Shown here: piece by piece, positions 12,437 through 25,100 of the stretch
Layout: every line of letters starts with the position of its first letter
Numbering within the stretch: position 1 is the stretch's first letter
Assembly: GCF_001194135.2 (NCBI RefSeq)
Contig: NC_068996.1
Span: 54,140,076 to 54,201,484, forward strand
Origin: Octopus bimaculoides
Lineage: Eukaryota
DNA length: 61,409 nucleotides
Reading direction: 5' to 3'
The notes under the pieces: model-generated
Seen by the model: the letters and a program-made list of their open reading frames with translations, nothing else
Database searches by the model: none
What the model was told of the DNA's origin: nothing
Program-made: the position numbers and the translations under genes

Positions 12437-12957
12437 GACTTAGGATTACTCTTATTGTCGGTAGAATTTATGTTGCTATCAGGTTACTACCTGTAACCTT
12501 AGATATCTACATGATTTCACTAAGACATCGAGTGCTCAAACCCTTCTGGGGGTCTTTCCTGTTCCTTAGAGGTAAACCTTCTGTATAAACCCTACAAGAT
12601 ATTCCATCCCAATCTCCTTTACCCGTGTATCTGTCATCACGAATGGCCCCTTATCACCATTCATCACAGCTGCAACCATTACAGATTTCATGTTCCAAAT
12701 TCTTGGAATCTCAAATTATAAGGGTTGTATTTTTTCGACTTTTCACCTGCTTTCTTCACAATTCTGGAATCAAATGGACATGATAGATCAATCAATAAGC
12801 AAATTCAATCTTTTTTGTCTAATATTGTAATACCTTGCTCGCTATGTTCTATCTTCTCATCTGTTTGAATTGGAAAATCCCTCAAAATCCTGCTTGCTTC
12901 CGACTCAAGTATTCTTTCTTCCCGATGATTGAAACTTGTTCCTGCTTCAGACTCTCT
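12437..12957 (-). mobile_element. Degenerate R4/Dong RLE fragment
   Basis: IL.DFPIQTDEKIEH..ITILDKK..CLLIDLSCPFDSRI..K on the - strand; flanked by (CAT)n and (AAC)n. Confidence 0.7.
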
Positions 12958-13039
12958 AATAACAACAACAACAACAACAACAATTAATATTAGTTATAAT
13001 AATAATTTTTATTGTTGCTGTTGTTCTTATTCGGTATCA

Positions 13040-14248
13040 GGAGAGGCAGGTGTATGTCATCGAACAGCATAGTAGGTTGAATGACAGACGGGCTGGTGAA
13101 AATGCTGGTTTGGCTCGGACCTCCAGGTGGTCAAGGACTGGGATGAGGTTTCTAGCAGGGTGGCCAGTCTCGCTCGGAAATAGGTTGAGAGAAAATTATG
13201 CATGAAAGGTCTAGCATAGGTGACTAATGCTTATATCACCTCCCTCCAAACTTACTTACCACCTGACCGTTGTGCCTTGACCCAGTCCAAATTTGACCAA
13301 GCTGGAACATTTATTATTCTGTTTCCCGTGGAAATGACGTGTTACGTTCGTCAGGAACCCTCTGAGGGGCAGATACGCTCTACGGCTTCGCTATTTACAG
13401 ATTTTTGCTGGGCGGTAAGTTGGATGACGTTCTCAACGAAACGTGGGTCTGCTTCTTAGGACTTTAGGGCTCGGTACTATCATGGATAACTTCCAGAAAT
13501 CCCTGGCCTAGGAGTGCAACTGAGGAACACTGCCGATTCGAGATAAACGCTACAGGCACGGAGCGCTTCCAGGCAGGACTGTCCGAGATGCGAGCAGGGT
13601 GATGAAACCGTTTTGCATGCACTTATGTAGTATTCAAGCATTGTTGACTTGTGGAGTTATGTCGAACAACTGTTATCGTGTGTGGGACGAATTCGATAAA
13701 GAGCCGGATCCATTACGCGGACCGCTCCATTACCCACATTTATCATGCAGGGTTGAGCTTATTCCTTTGTCTTGTGGCTATGGCGGAAAAGGTTGTTTGG
13801 TGGACGGGGCTGAAAGGATTGAGGGAAAATACTTCCTCTTCAGTCAAGCTCTCATCAATTTTTTAAGTTCCACTTGTAAAGGAAGATAAGGGTGAAGAGG
13901 GAAGGTAAGGGTGAAAAGGGAAGTGCTGCCTCCCAGTGCATTTGAGAAAAGATGGGTGACTAGCATAAATGATTTGGGTGAATGTTCCTACTCAAAGAAC
14001 GTGCCTTTAGATTGGAGAACAATGATGGGAGAGGACTCGGGCTTTGGTAGCGCGGGTTATTTTGGCTCTGTGGGATTCCTTGATTGGCCCTGGAACATTC
14101 ATGTAATATCAAACACTACACACTTTTATCGTATTGTATTTTCCATTTACTTATCTTCATCTTTGTTTATGTAACTGCCCCATTCAAATTGTTGACTGTC
14201 CTTTTAATGTATCCCTCATTTACGCCCTTTGTAGCTAATAAAAGTAAT
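13040..14248 (+). mobile_element. Tx1/L1-clade LINE ORF2 3' remnant (RT thumb, C-terminal zinc finger, 3' UTR), pseudogenised
   Basis: VKML.(W)FGSDLQVVKDWDEV..(W).ERKL..KG...V.NAYI from 13081; CPRCEQGDETVLHAL at 13580-13624; 3' end gccctttgtagctaataaaagtaat then (CAT)n. Confidence 0.8.
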
Positions 14249-14285
14249 CATCATCATCATCATCATCATCATCATTATTATTACC

Positions 14286-15180
14286 AAGGCGGCGAGCTGG
14301 TAGAGTCGTTAGAACGCTGGGCAAAATGCTTAGCGTCATTTCATCCGTCTTTACGTTCGGAGTTCAAATTCCGCCGAAGTCGACTTTGCCTTTTATCCTT
14401 TCGATAAATTAAGCACCAGCTGAACACTGGAGTCGATGTAATCGATTATCCCTTTCCCCCAAAGTTTCAGACCTTGTGCCTGTCGTAGAAAGGATTATTA
14501 TTATTATAGTTGTTGTTGTTAAGGTGGCGAGCTGACAGAATCGCTGACATGCTGAGCAAAATGCTGAGCAGCATTTAGTCCGTCAGCACATTCTGAGTTT
14601 AAATTTCGCCGAGGTCGATTTTACCTTTCATTCTTTCGGGTTCGATAAGTTAAATACCAGTGAAACACTGGGATCGATGTAATCGACTAGTCCCCTCGCC
14701 TAAAAATGCAGGCCTTGTGCTTATAGTAGAAAGGATTATTATTATTATAATTAAGGCGGTAAGCTGGCAGAATTGTTAGCGTGCTGGAGGAAATGCTTAG
14801 CGGTATTTTGCCTGTCGCTACATTCTGAGTTTAAATTCCACCGAGGTTGACTTTGCCTGTCATCCTTTTGGGGTTAATGAATTAAGTACCAGTTGAGTAC
14901 TTGGGTCGATGTAATCGACCATCCCCTCCCCCACATTTCGGGTCTTGCGCCTATAGTAGAAAGGATTATTAAGGGGGAAGAATCGATAGAATCAACAGAG
15001 AATCTAAGAAAATGCCGTGTTTTTGTTCTGGTTCTATGCGTTCTGAGATAAAGTCATACCGCGGTCAACTTTGCTTTGCCTTCTTTCGACATAAAATAAA
15101 GTACCAATCAAGTACTGGGTTTGATTTAATTGTTTAATTTCTTCCCTTTAAAATTACTGACTTTATTACAAAACCACAAA
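14286..15180 (+). mobile_element. Four head-to-tail SINE family 1 copies (~14286-14495, 14521-14735, 14753-14966, 14971-15180)
   Basis: Repeated aagg head, core and agaaaggatt tail separated by short (ATT)n; the fourth copy is highly degenerate. Confidence 0.9.
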
Positions 15181-15867
15181 TCATAGAGTTGTGAAAGTTT
15201 CTCCTGCACCACCTGGTTGGTACAAGTCTATGCTCTTGAGGTGTGTACAACATTGTCTTTTGAACATATAAGAATTGTTTTGCACGCTACATGAGTTTTC
15301 CATTCTTGTGGAATTTGGTTTGTTTCAGGCGTCATTTTGCTGTTTCGTCTGCCGTGTGAATTATGTATCAGATTACTTGTGTTATTTTGTTAGGTGATAT
15401 TTGTGTTTTGTACGAAATGTGAGCTTGCGTTTTGGTAGTTACATTCCCGTAACTTATCGGTTCGGCAAAAGAGAGCGACAGAATAAGTACCAAATTTTGA
15501 AAACATAGCAAGTTAAATCCTCAAGGGAGGTGTCTCAACATGGCTGCAGTCCAACGACAAACAAGTAAAAGTATACTGAACAACATAAACACAGAAGCAA
15601 GAAAGAATTACTAAAATAAAATATAAAAAAGGCATTTAAGACTTGAACATTTCCGAAGTAGAAATTATGACAATAATCGTTTTAAAAGTGGAATAATGAT
15701 TGTGTACAGTTATATACACTTTGTAAATTGTGTTATGTTGATGGAAAGTGAGTTTTATGACTTATTAGTATATAGTGTTGCTGTTAGTTATGAATGAGCA
15801 TTTATGTTAGTTTTTTAGTTGCTGATTCTATAGAATATAAGTTAAGTGGTGATATTTTATTGGGTGG

Positions 15868-15990
15868 TAAGGTGGTGAGCTGTCAGAATCGTTAGCACGA
15901 AACGCTTGGCGGTATTTCGTCCGTTCTTACGCATTGAGCTCAAATTCCACCGGGGTCGACTTTGCCCTTCATCTTATAGTAGAAAGGATA
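15868..15990 (+). mobile_element. SINE family 1 with internal deletion
   Basis: Head and B-box joined directly to the tagtagaaaggat tail. Confidence 0.8.
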
Positions 15991-16811
15991 TTTTATTGGG
16001 TTGTTGTATTCTGCAGAGTAGCTGCCTTATTTATCTTTTTTTGTGAAGTGTGTACTCTTTCGAATTGTATTAGTGAATCTGTCTTCCGAAGGATGTGGGC
16101 TGAGAGATCTTTTGGCTTATGTGTAATATTGTGAACCCAAGCTAAGGTAATTTTATTTTCTTTGTTCATATTTTCTTTTATATCAAATCTCATACTCCAA
16201 TTATTATTAGCACCGTCTTAATTTCATACTTCGTATCTTACATTCTTATGTTTCAGTATCCTTGCACAGGTTCTTCGCTTTCCTTTGAGTAATGTTTTGG
16301 TCTATATTGAACACATTTTCTACCAGAGTACTGTCATACGCTTTTCAGTTCTTATATTTGAATCGTAGGCCTTGATTTTGTAAGTCGGTACAGGCATATC
16401 TCAGACAATTGCGAGCAAGTCATTCCATGGAACTCATTTGACATGATTCTGTCATTCCTTTACCAGTTTTCAAGTTTGTCTACTGTCACATGCACATAAC
16501 TGACGACACAGTCCTCTTTGTGAAAATATTCGGCCTTGGCAAGGCAAGGTCTAGACAACCGGGATCGATACTGTCAATCGTAATCTTATATTTATTGCAT
16601 ATGTTACACTTGCATTGCCCCAACAACGCATACGTTCGAGATATCCATTCAGAGAATCAGTACATTTTTGGCCTATGGTGTGTGAGCTGCGTTTGGATAT
16701 TATATGGTTGGGGTAGCTTAAAGAGAATGAAGAATCCTATGATCTATGCAAGAACAGGTGTTGCTGAATGTGCCGACAAGTAGGTAAATTATGTTAGGAT
16801 ATATATATATA

Positions 16812-18661
16812 TGGGAGAATTTACGAAAAAAACAAAAGACGAAGACAAGTGGTGTAGAAAACAAACAGATGTATTAGTATAACGCTCGGGAATTGAAAAA
16901 GTCTTTAACGTTTCGAGCCTACGCTTTTCCACAGAAAGGAACACAGAAAGAAACAAGGAGAGAAACAAGCAGAGAAAAAATGTGTGTAGTGGTTAGTGAT
17001 CTATCATGGCGAATGCCGGACAGAAGGGTCACACAGGAGAGCTAGGAAGAATGGGAGATAACAAAGTCGTAGTGATCCCAAAACGAAGGTACGCATGTGT
17101 AAGAGAGAACGTATGTGCGTGTGAAAGAGGGCTGGTGATCTTGATGTGTGCATGTGTAGGTGTGAAAATGTGGGGATGGGAATTGGTCAGTGCTGGTGTG
17201 TGCGTAGTGGTGTGTTGTGATGTGATGTGTAGTGTGGTATGATGGTGTTGGGAGGTGTGTGGAGGCAAGAGTGGGGAAAGCACGGGTGGGGTGTGGGTTA
17301 GGCAGAGGGTGGGGGTAGAGGTGAGGTATGTGGGAGAGAGTTTAAGGGATGGGATGGGAAGGGTGCGATGGGATGGGAAGGATGGGGAAGGTGGGGTAGG
17401 AATGTGTAGGAGTGGGGTGGGCTTATGAGGGATGGTTGACGATGGAGGTTGAAGGGGAGAAGAGGGAAGGGGAAGGTGGGTATGAGAGACGAGAGAAAGT
17501 GAGGAAGAGAGAAGAGAGAAAGAGAGTAGGGGTGAAGAGAAGTAATAGTCAGAGCAAGAGAGGAAAGGTGGTAGGAAGTAGGAGGGAGGGGAGAGAGGCA
17601 AGGGGGAGGTTAGATGAAGAGGGGGGAAAGGTGAACCCATGTGGCACAAAGGAGCGAAGACAGGAGGTTAATCCCTGTTCACGGCGCAAACGGGAGTCCG
17701 GATGGCCCCTGTGCAAGGACAATCCGAACACAGACAGGTGTTGCAAAGAGTGACCGGTAGAGCGGAAATGGCGTGACCTGGGTGTCATTACCGAGTCGGA
17801 TGTCTCAGAGGTGTTCCATGAACCGGTCAGCCAAGTGGCATCCCATTTGTCCGATGTACAGAAAATGGCAGAAAGAGCAGGAAATGCAGTAGATAATAGT
17901 GGTAGAAGTGCAGGTGAAGGAGTCGGTGATGTGATAGGGTCGGTGATGGGTGCTGGTGAGGAGGGTGGTGCTAGAGAGGTAAAGGCAAGTGCGGNNNNNN
18001 NNNNNNNNNNNNNNNNNNNNNNNNNNNNNNNNNNNNNNNNNNNNNNNNNNNNNNNNNNNNNNNNNNNNNNNNNNNNNNNNNNNNNNNNNNNNNNNNNNNN
18101 NGACGGCTGGGCGGGTTCGGGGGGAGAGATCAGATGCACGGTCCACGGGACGTGCTCTGGCAAGGGTGATGTGGATAGTGGTGAGGGGATATCCACGTAG
18201 GATGAAGTGTCGAGCCATGAGTTGAGACTGAGTCTCAAAGTCATGGTCGTCCCAACAGAGCCTGCGTAGACGGAGGAATTGGGAATAGGGGATGGAAAGC
18301 TTGATGTGTTTAGAGTGGGAGGAGGAGAAGTTGAGGTATGAGTGTGAGTCTATGTCTTTGTAGTGGATGGAGGTGATGAGAGTGGAGTGAAGAATGGTGA
18401 CCGAAATGTCAAGAAAAGAGACAGAGGTGTCAGAGATAGTGCAGGAGAAGTGGAGAGCAGGATGGAAAAATTTGACAAAAGAGAGGAAGGAGTCTAGATG
18501 TTTGCGTGAAAGCGAGGTTGCGCCGATACAGCCGTCAATATAACGGCCATATAGTTCGGGAGTGGGACCAGTGAAACTTGAGAACATTTGGGCCTCAACG
18601 TAGCCAACGAACAGGTTCGCATAGCTGGGGCCCATTCTCGTTCCCATGGCCACTCCCGAGA

Positions 18662-18663
<2 letters not shown>
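16812..18663 (-). mobile_element. Penelope-like element, 5'-truncated: RT + GIY-YIG endonuclease + pLTR, bounded by (TA)n at both ends
   Basis: ORF 17805-18737: GVAMGTRMGPSYANLF..RYIDG..FLD..SH..HIKLSIPYSQFLRLRRLC; IIYCISC..C..LYIGQ...LADRFMEH; catalytic YIDD changed to YIDG. Confidence 0.9.
16908..16934 (-). ncRNA. Degenerate Penelope-type hammerhead ribozyme core
   Basis: CTGTGGA-A-AAGC-GTAG-GCTC-GAAA-CGT within the pLTR; departs from CUGANGA at one position and has one stem II mismatch. Confidence 0.45.

Positions 18664-18735
<72 letters not shown>
18664..18735. repeat. (TA)n microsatellite
   Basis: Direct reading. Confidence 0.95.
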
Positions 18736-18738
<3 letters not shown>

Positions 18739-19274
18739 CATACATCAGTCGTCGGCCTGGGGCTATAATAGAAGTTACTTGCTCAAGATACCACGTAGTG
18801 AGACTGACCCCTAAACCACGTGGTTACAAAGCGGACTTCTTCACCACAGTCCCACCTCGGCCTAATGTAAATGTAGTAGAGTTATATTTTGCTCTGTTTT
18901 ATTAAGCACTACACTTAAGCTGATTTGTCATGATTTTTAATGCTTTTCTTCCAGTTTTGATGTCGGTTTTGTTTTGTCATTCGATGTTACGGTTAAATTC
19001 GTGTAATTTTTTTCCTTTCAAACTTTATACTAGTATATTGACTTATTCTTTTGATGAAGGGGTAAATTATCGTTGTAAAATAAGAATTTTTGTATTTTTA
19101 TTGCTTTTGCTTGTCTGTAGAGTTGTAAAGTTTTGATTGTGTTATTTTTTGTACTTTTTATGCATCAAATTCAAAGTACACATTTTTGATGAAGTACTAG
19201 TCAAATACTATTAATATAGCTCCGTCTCAAAATTGCTGGCCCTTAAGAGTAAATCCTAAATAACAACAACAACA

Positions 19275-19317
<43 letters not shown>

Positions 19318-19445
19318 TGTATGCTACTGGGGTCGGCTCTGCCTTTCATCCTTTTCACTCGTTAATAAAAATACCAGTTGAGTACTGGAGTCAATATCAT
19401 CGACCAGCACCCTCCCACTAAAACTATTACCCGCGCGCAAAAACT

Positions 19446-19490
<45 letters not shown>

Positions 19491-20435
19491 TTTATTATTA
19501 TTATTATTTGAATCACTGCAACGTTTAGTTCTTATTGAGTACCTCTTCAGTCAAAGTAATCCTGCTGGATAAGTGGTCCTCTTTCACTAGTATCACGTGT
19601 GCTACGACGACACATTGACCAAAAGGTGGAGATACTCTGTCATAACGAAACAACGGTGATCAGATATTTACATTCGAATCTGCCAGAACTTGTTAAGAAT
19701 AAACAGATCGACTAATAAGGCAATGTGTACTCTATGTTTTGAAAGTAATCGCAATAAAATTGCTTTCAAAACCCAGTGCCCCACAGATTGCTTTTCTGAT
19801 ATTCATTCGAAGAAACTTAAGGTTTAGGTATTATTATTATCTCAGATGCTATAACTATCACTCATAATTTTTAGGAAATTGCTTTTCTTCAAAGTTTTGG
19901 TAGATTAGAAAAGAGAAAAGTTAAATCAGAGTTTATTCATTTCCTAGTTTAAGTCATTGGACTGCAGCCATGACCTGCAAAACGTTTAAAATGCAAGTCG
20001 AGTATATCGATCACAGTGATTATTTCAACTTGGTGCTAAATTTATTGATCTCCATTTGCCAAACCACTAGATATACAGGATATAGAGGTATGCAGCCTAA
20101 ATACAAGACCAATTTTTATACGTAATCACATACACAGAAAAATAAACACTCATACATATGCATGCACATATTCATATTTTCCCATTAATTAATACCATTG
20201 TGATCATAATTTAGTTTTCTGCTCTGCTTTACCTTACACACACATACGCGCGCGTGTGTGTGTAAAGTAATAACAATAAAAAAAATCAGAGCAGAATACA
20301 GACAACAAAATTACGATAACAATGGTGTTTATTTAACATTCAAGCGTTCAATTAACACGATAGATATGCTTTTAACATTCGGAATGAAATCCTTCTTCGG
20401 ACAGAAAAAGAAAGGATTTTAGTTTGAAAAGTTAA

Positions 20436-20437
<2 letters not shown>

Positions 20438-20475
<38 letters not shown>

Positions 20476-20476
20476 G

Positions 20477-20538
<62 letters not shown>
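20438..20538. repeat. (CA)n microsatellite
   Basis: Direct reading. Confidence 0.95.
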
Positions 20539-20542
<4 letters not shown>

Positions 20543-21604
20543 CGCTGGCTTAACGCTTTTATCAGAGAAAAGTAACGAGTGATTAAGGTCTTAAAAATGC
20601 ATTAGAAAAGTTAATTTGAGTATATGAATTTATTTGATAGCTAATGGCAAGGACTCTCTTTAAAAGAATATGTTTAAAATAGTAATTAAAATAAGCTCCT
20701 AATTATTATTTTGAAATATATTTGATTCTGAATATCAATTTCAAATGGGAACCTGTCAATTATCTTTTCGTAAAATGTAATCGGTATACCTGGTTTCCTG
20801 TTATGTAAATATCAGTTTCTTGAAATATATAAATAATTTTACTGAACAATTAAAACAAAAATGAAAATACTGGCCATTAATTTAACAAAATAGCCCAGAA
20901 TTTTAAATATATTTGTGGAACATGGTCCTTGTTTACCCTCCACTATAACTAATTAGGCTTTAAACGTTGCAACAATGTTAAAAAGGGATCGTTATTTGAT
21001 GCCAGTATTCGTATGAACACTTAATTAAGTTTCAAATTTATACAGAGTAAAAAAGGAACAGAAAAGTTTTGGGTCTCACTTGATTCAAATGCAGATAAAT
21101 CGGTTTTGGTGTTTACCTAAAGGACAGCAAAGAACATTAATTAATAAAAAAAAGTATATTATTTATTCCTCCTCATAGAATATTGTAAGCAACACAAGTG
21201 AATTCTTTTGTCTTCATAAACTAGCATATAATTTTACCTGCCTCTAATCTTGTGTTGCTCTGACGAAACTAGTCACTGTATTAAGCTTTTCCCACCACAC
21301 ACAAAAATCTTCCATTCTTTCGAAATTCACATTTAGGACATGTTTTTGTATCCATTAAGCAATAACAAGTGAAGGTAACATGGCCTTCAGATCAGGATTT
21401 TCGATTCCGGATCGAGTAGGGTGTTGTGCCCTTGAACAAGACATTGCGTTTCACATCGTACCTGTAATAACTGGGGTTAACCTTGTGGACTAGCGTTCTG
21501 TCCAAGGACGTCTTATACTCACTGTCGTTTATACTTCACAGAAACCCGGACTATCTCCAGCGGAATGAATTTGTAGGCTCAAAACTGATTTAAACTTTAA
21601 CAAT

Positions 21605-22057
21605 TTAAATTCAAATTAAGATGAACGTAAACAAAGAAACGAAGTTTGCTCTTAGAAGCGTTGAGATGTCTTAGAAAGTTAAAGAAGTGATTTTAAATTC
21701 TCAATCGCAGGATGATGCTAATAATATAGCCTGAACAGGATAAACTACCCCTATTTTTCAGAAAAAAGTGTACGCGGCCAGCTCTGAGACTCGAACTCAC
21801 ACCTCCGTGATTACGCGTCGCGGTGCTCTTAGACCTATTAAGCTAAACTGCCCCACAACAAGTTGTTCTGCAAATTTTAAGATGTATAGAAATCTCGCTT
21901 TATGAGACGCTATCGTATGTTAAATTCAAATTACGACAAACGTAAATAAACAAACGAAGTTTTGCTTTTAGAAGCGTTGAGATGTCTTAGAAAGTTAAAG
22001 AAGTGATTTTAAATTCTCAAACGCAGGATAACGCTAATAATATAGCCTGAACAGGAT
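21605..22057. repeat. 137-bp direct repeat pair (21605-21741 and 21920-22057), 315-bp period
   Basis: Both copies run ttaaattcaaatta..gaagcgttgagatgtcttagaaagttaaagaagtgattttaaattctcaa..gcctgaacaggat with few differences. Confidence 0.9.
21776..21852 (-). tRNA. tRNA-Thr(CGT)-like gene or pseudogene
   Basis: GGCAGTT TA GCTT..GAGC, anticodon loop CG-CGT-AA, GTGAG TTCGAGT CTCAG, AGCTGGC; T6 Pol III terminator at 21762-21767; several stem mismatches and G33. Confidence 0.65.
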
Positions 22058-22110
22058 GTATTTGATTCTCTGCTGATGCAAATGGTAATAAACCAACATC
22101 TCTCTCTCAG

Positions 22111-22146
22111 ATAAGATCCACCGCTCATCCTCTGAAGGGCTCAAAA
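22111..22146 (+). CDS. Candidate 36-nt micro-exon (IRSTAHPLKGSK or DKIHRSSSEGLK)
   Basis: ctctctctcag acceptor, AAA|gtaagc donor, length a multiple of 3; no homology recognised. Confidence 0.3.
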
Positions 22147-25100
22147 GTAAGCACTGTTTAAAAATTAACGGGTTATTCATTTGAAATTCTAATGACAGGA
22201 AAAACTTTATTAATTGGATAAAACAAAGAGAAGAAAAATGAACCCGCATTATAGGAAACACTCGACTTAAGTAAATTTAAGACATAATTAAAGGGAGTAT
22301 AAAAGTATTTTTTTTCTATCTGATTAAATAGCACATTATTGATGTTTTTGGCTTTGTTTTCAAGTTACAAAAGAAAATGTGAATTAACTCTAAGTGGGTA
22401 AGTTGTAAATGACAAAGACAAGAGAAACGTTATTAGCGTCAATTTAGCTATGTCAGTAACCTTAGTGGTTATTTGATATTGTTCTCGGGTCTGATGTTGT
22501 CAATCACACAATGTTAAGTATTATAGATATTGTCAATCTATTTAGAACCTTTTGGGCGTTAATTGCTTGTCTTCCGAAATCAATATTGTTGAAGAGAATT
22601 AAAAAGTATTTCTAATAACGCTTACGTTGTAGTACAAAATGGTCACATGATCTTGGTCAGTGAGACTTTTTTATATCATCGATTATATTAGTAGTTTCTG
22701 ATTCTTCTTTGTCCAATGAATCCCACTTTATTTAAGACAGAATGACTTGATTTGAATGCGATTTGGTTGCTATTTTTAGCGGATCAAATGACCACGTAAA
22801 TGCTCGTTAGTAATCTTATATTTCGTTCATAAAGAATGCAAACACGAGTGAGTGGTAAAGAAATTGGCTTTGCAACAATAAGGTTCTAGGTTCGATCCCA
22901 GTGCGTAAAACCTTGGGCGAGTGTCTTTTGATCGGTACAAGCCATTGAATTAAATTTCATAAACAGACACTACATAAAATCTCATCAGATGGGCTGTGCC
23001 TATAATTCCATTGTCATCCTTGTTACACACTGTATCGCACCGATTCTGCTTGAGGGTCACGTTAAGGGTGCATGTTAATTTCATAAGTAGGCAGTTCAGT
23101 CGATAAAACAACCGGAATCATCGAAACTGACGAGGATATATTTATATTTACTTACCGCTTACGTTGTTCTAAATTATGAGGAAACATAACATTAAAATAG
23201 GTGCGAAATAGTGCTGTTCCTCGTAACATATATTCGTGTGACTAAAATATACAACTATGCATTACAAGGTAAGCATATCAAATGAACTAGATAGGTTATC
23301 CGACAAATTTATAAACGTTTAGAAAAAATTAGAAATAAGATTGGATATAACAGTATTAAAGTTGCTTCCTATTCTTATGACACAAACAGCAGATGTTTTA
23401 CAATTATGAATTGCTTTGAACATATTCAAATCAGTCAACTTCGCCGCCATCAACACATGAAAGCTATATTTGAAAAAAAAGACAAAAGAAAAAAAACAAA
23501 ACAAAGAGAAAGCTCATCGATTCTCTATTATCCTTGGCCATTAAAATACGTTTATTATTAAAGCTAGCTGTAAGGTAGATACTGGGTAGGATCATTAGGA
23601 CGTCAGAGAAATTGTTTCCCGTTGTTTGTTGCGGATGTTTAGGTTCTGAGGTCAACTTTACTTTGCATCCTTTCATTGTTCATAAAATAAAGTATGAGCC
23701 AAGTACTGTGGTCGTTGAGAAAGAAGGAGTCAAGTACTGGAGTCGATGTTGTTGACTAACCCTCTTTACACAAAACTGCTGACCTTGTATTTAAATTAGA
23801 AACCGTTATTAAACTTAGCACCCCTATTAGCTTATTTCTATGAACCTTCGTAAAATGAGAAACACTAAATTATTAGAAAGAGAATGATATATCAAGATTA
23901 TGCTGCATTAAATATAAAAATAAAAGCAAAATTATTAATGTCAAACTGATATGAAATTTTTAGAGAAAGCCTAACGGGTTCTAAAATAGAAGACACTTTT
24001 ATTTTTTTCGCTAATATGACAAAGATATTACGCTATCAATGTAAAATATGTAGTTTTAATGAGTTCGATCGATATTCAGTTAATTTAGCTGCAATCATAA
24101 AATTCTCATTTCGTTTTATGGTATCATACTTCAAACAATTTTCAACCCATAATCTGTTGTTAATTTTAAGATCGACTAAGGATTCCCTCTCCCCACAAAA
24201 TTAGTATAGAGCAAAGTTTCATTTGTGTATATAAGTATGTTCACATTAGTATCAGGTGAGATGCATTTTAAGGAAGGGATAAAATTTGATTCAATATTTC
24301 CACATATTTTGTAGCGTATTCTTTATTGGCCTATGTGAGATGCAATTTGAATGCACCAGGTTTTGGACCTAACACAAAAAGACATAAAATACGATAAAGC
24401 GTTTATCAAAAGGAAAGTTGATAGTGATCACTTTTTTCTGCTTCTTAATTCATAATTCGAGTCTAGCCTTGTAATATTTTTGAGAAAACTATTTCTATAA
24501 ATTATGTTTTGCTCACTGGAACAATAATATCCACATTTATAAGAAAATACCTGAAAATATATATTCAGTTAGATTTTTAGATTTCATATATATATTTTCG
24601 TAATTGATAAACTAAAATTGAACGGGAAATATGTCTGTTCTTTTCTTTGGCGGCATTCTGTGTAAGTCCATGAAATTATTGGGAAAGTGAATAAAAGGGC
24701 TTAATCTACATCAAAGAGTAAGATTCTACCGCTAAGTCATTTTTTTCGTTATTCTTATAATAGATGCACAAACATTTTGCTAATTCATTTAGGCTATGTT
24801 AAAAAACAAAAACAAATCAAGCTTTTCTAATGAAGGAAGCCTTAACAATTGATGTTCATTTAGATCTATTTATTTTTAGTGACAAATTAACTTTCAGGCA
24901 TGTAAAGCGATAATGCTGTAAATATGTGAATAAAGCAACGTAACTACTAGAAAAGTCATGGAAACTCTGTAAAACAGTTTTTAGTGGGTAATATTCGTGC
25001 ATCTGAATTTTGGTTTCATCTTTCGATTTTCATAGAAGAATGTAGGTTGTAATATAATATTTATAATAGCCTAAATAACATTTGCTTTGGGGGCGTTGTG

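Noticed and set aside
14286-15180. Regularly spaced repeats reminiscent of a CRISPR or other prokaryotic array
   Set aside because: Units are ~210-bp tRNA-derived SINEs in eukaryotic DNA, with no spacers or cas genes
17029-17753. 206-aa Pro/Ser/Leu-rich ORF and the opposite-strand Glu/Arg/Gly ORF
   Set aside because: Purine/pyrimidine-skewed 3' region of the Penelope-like element
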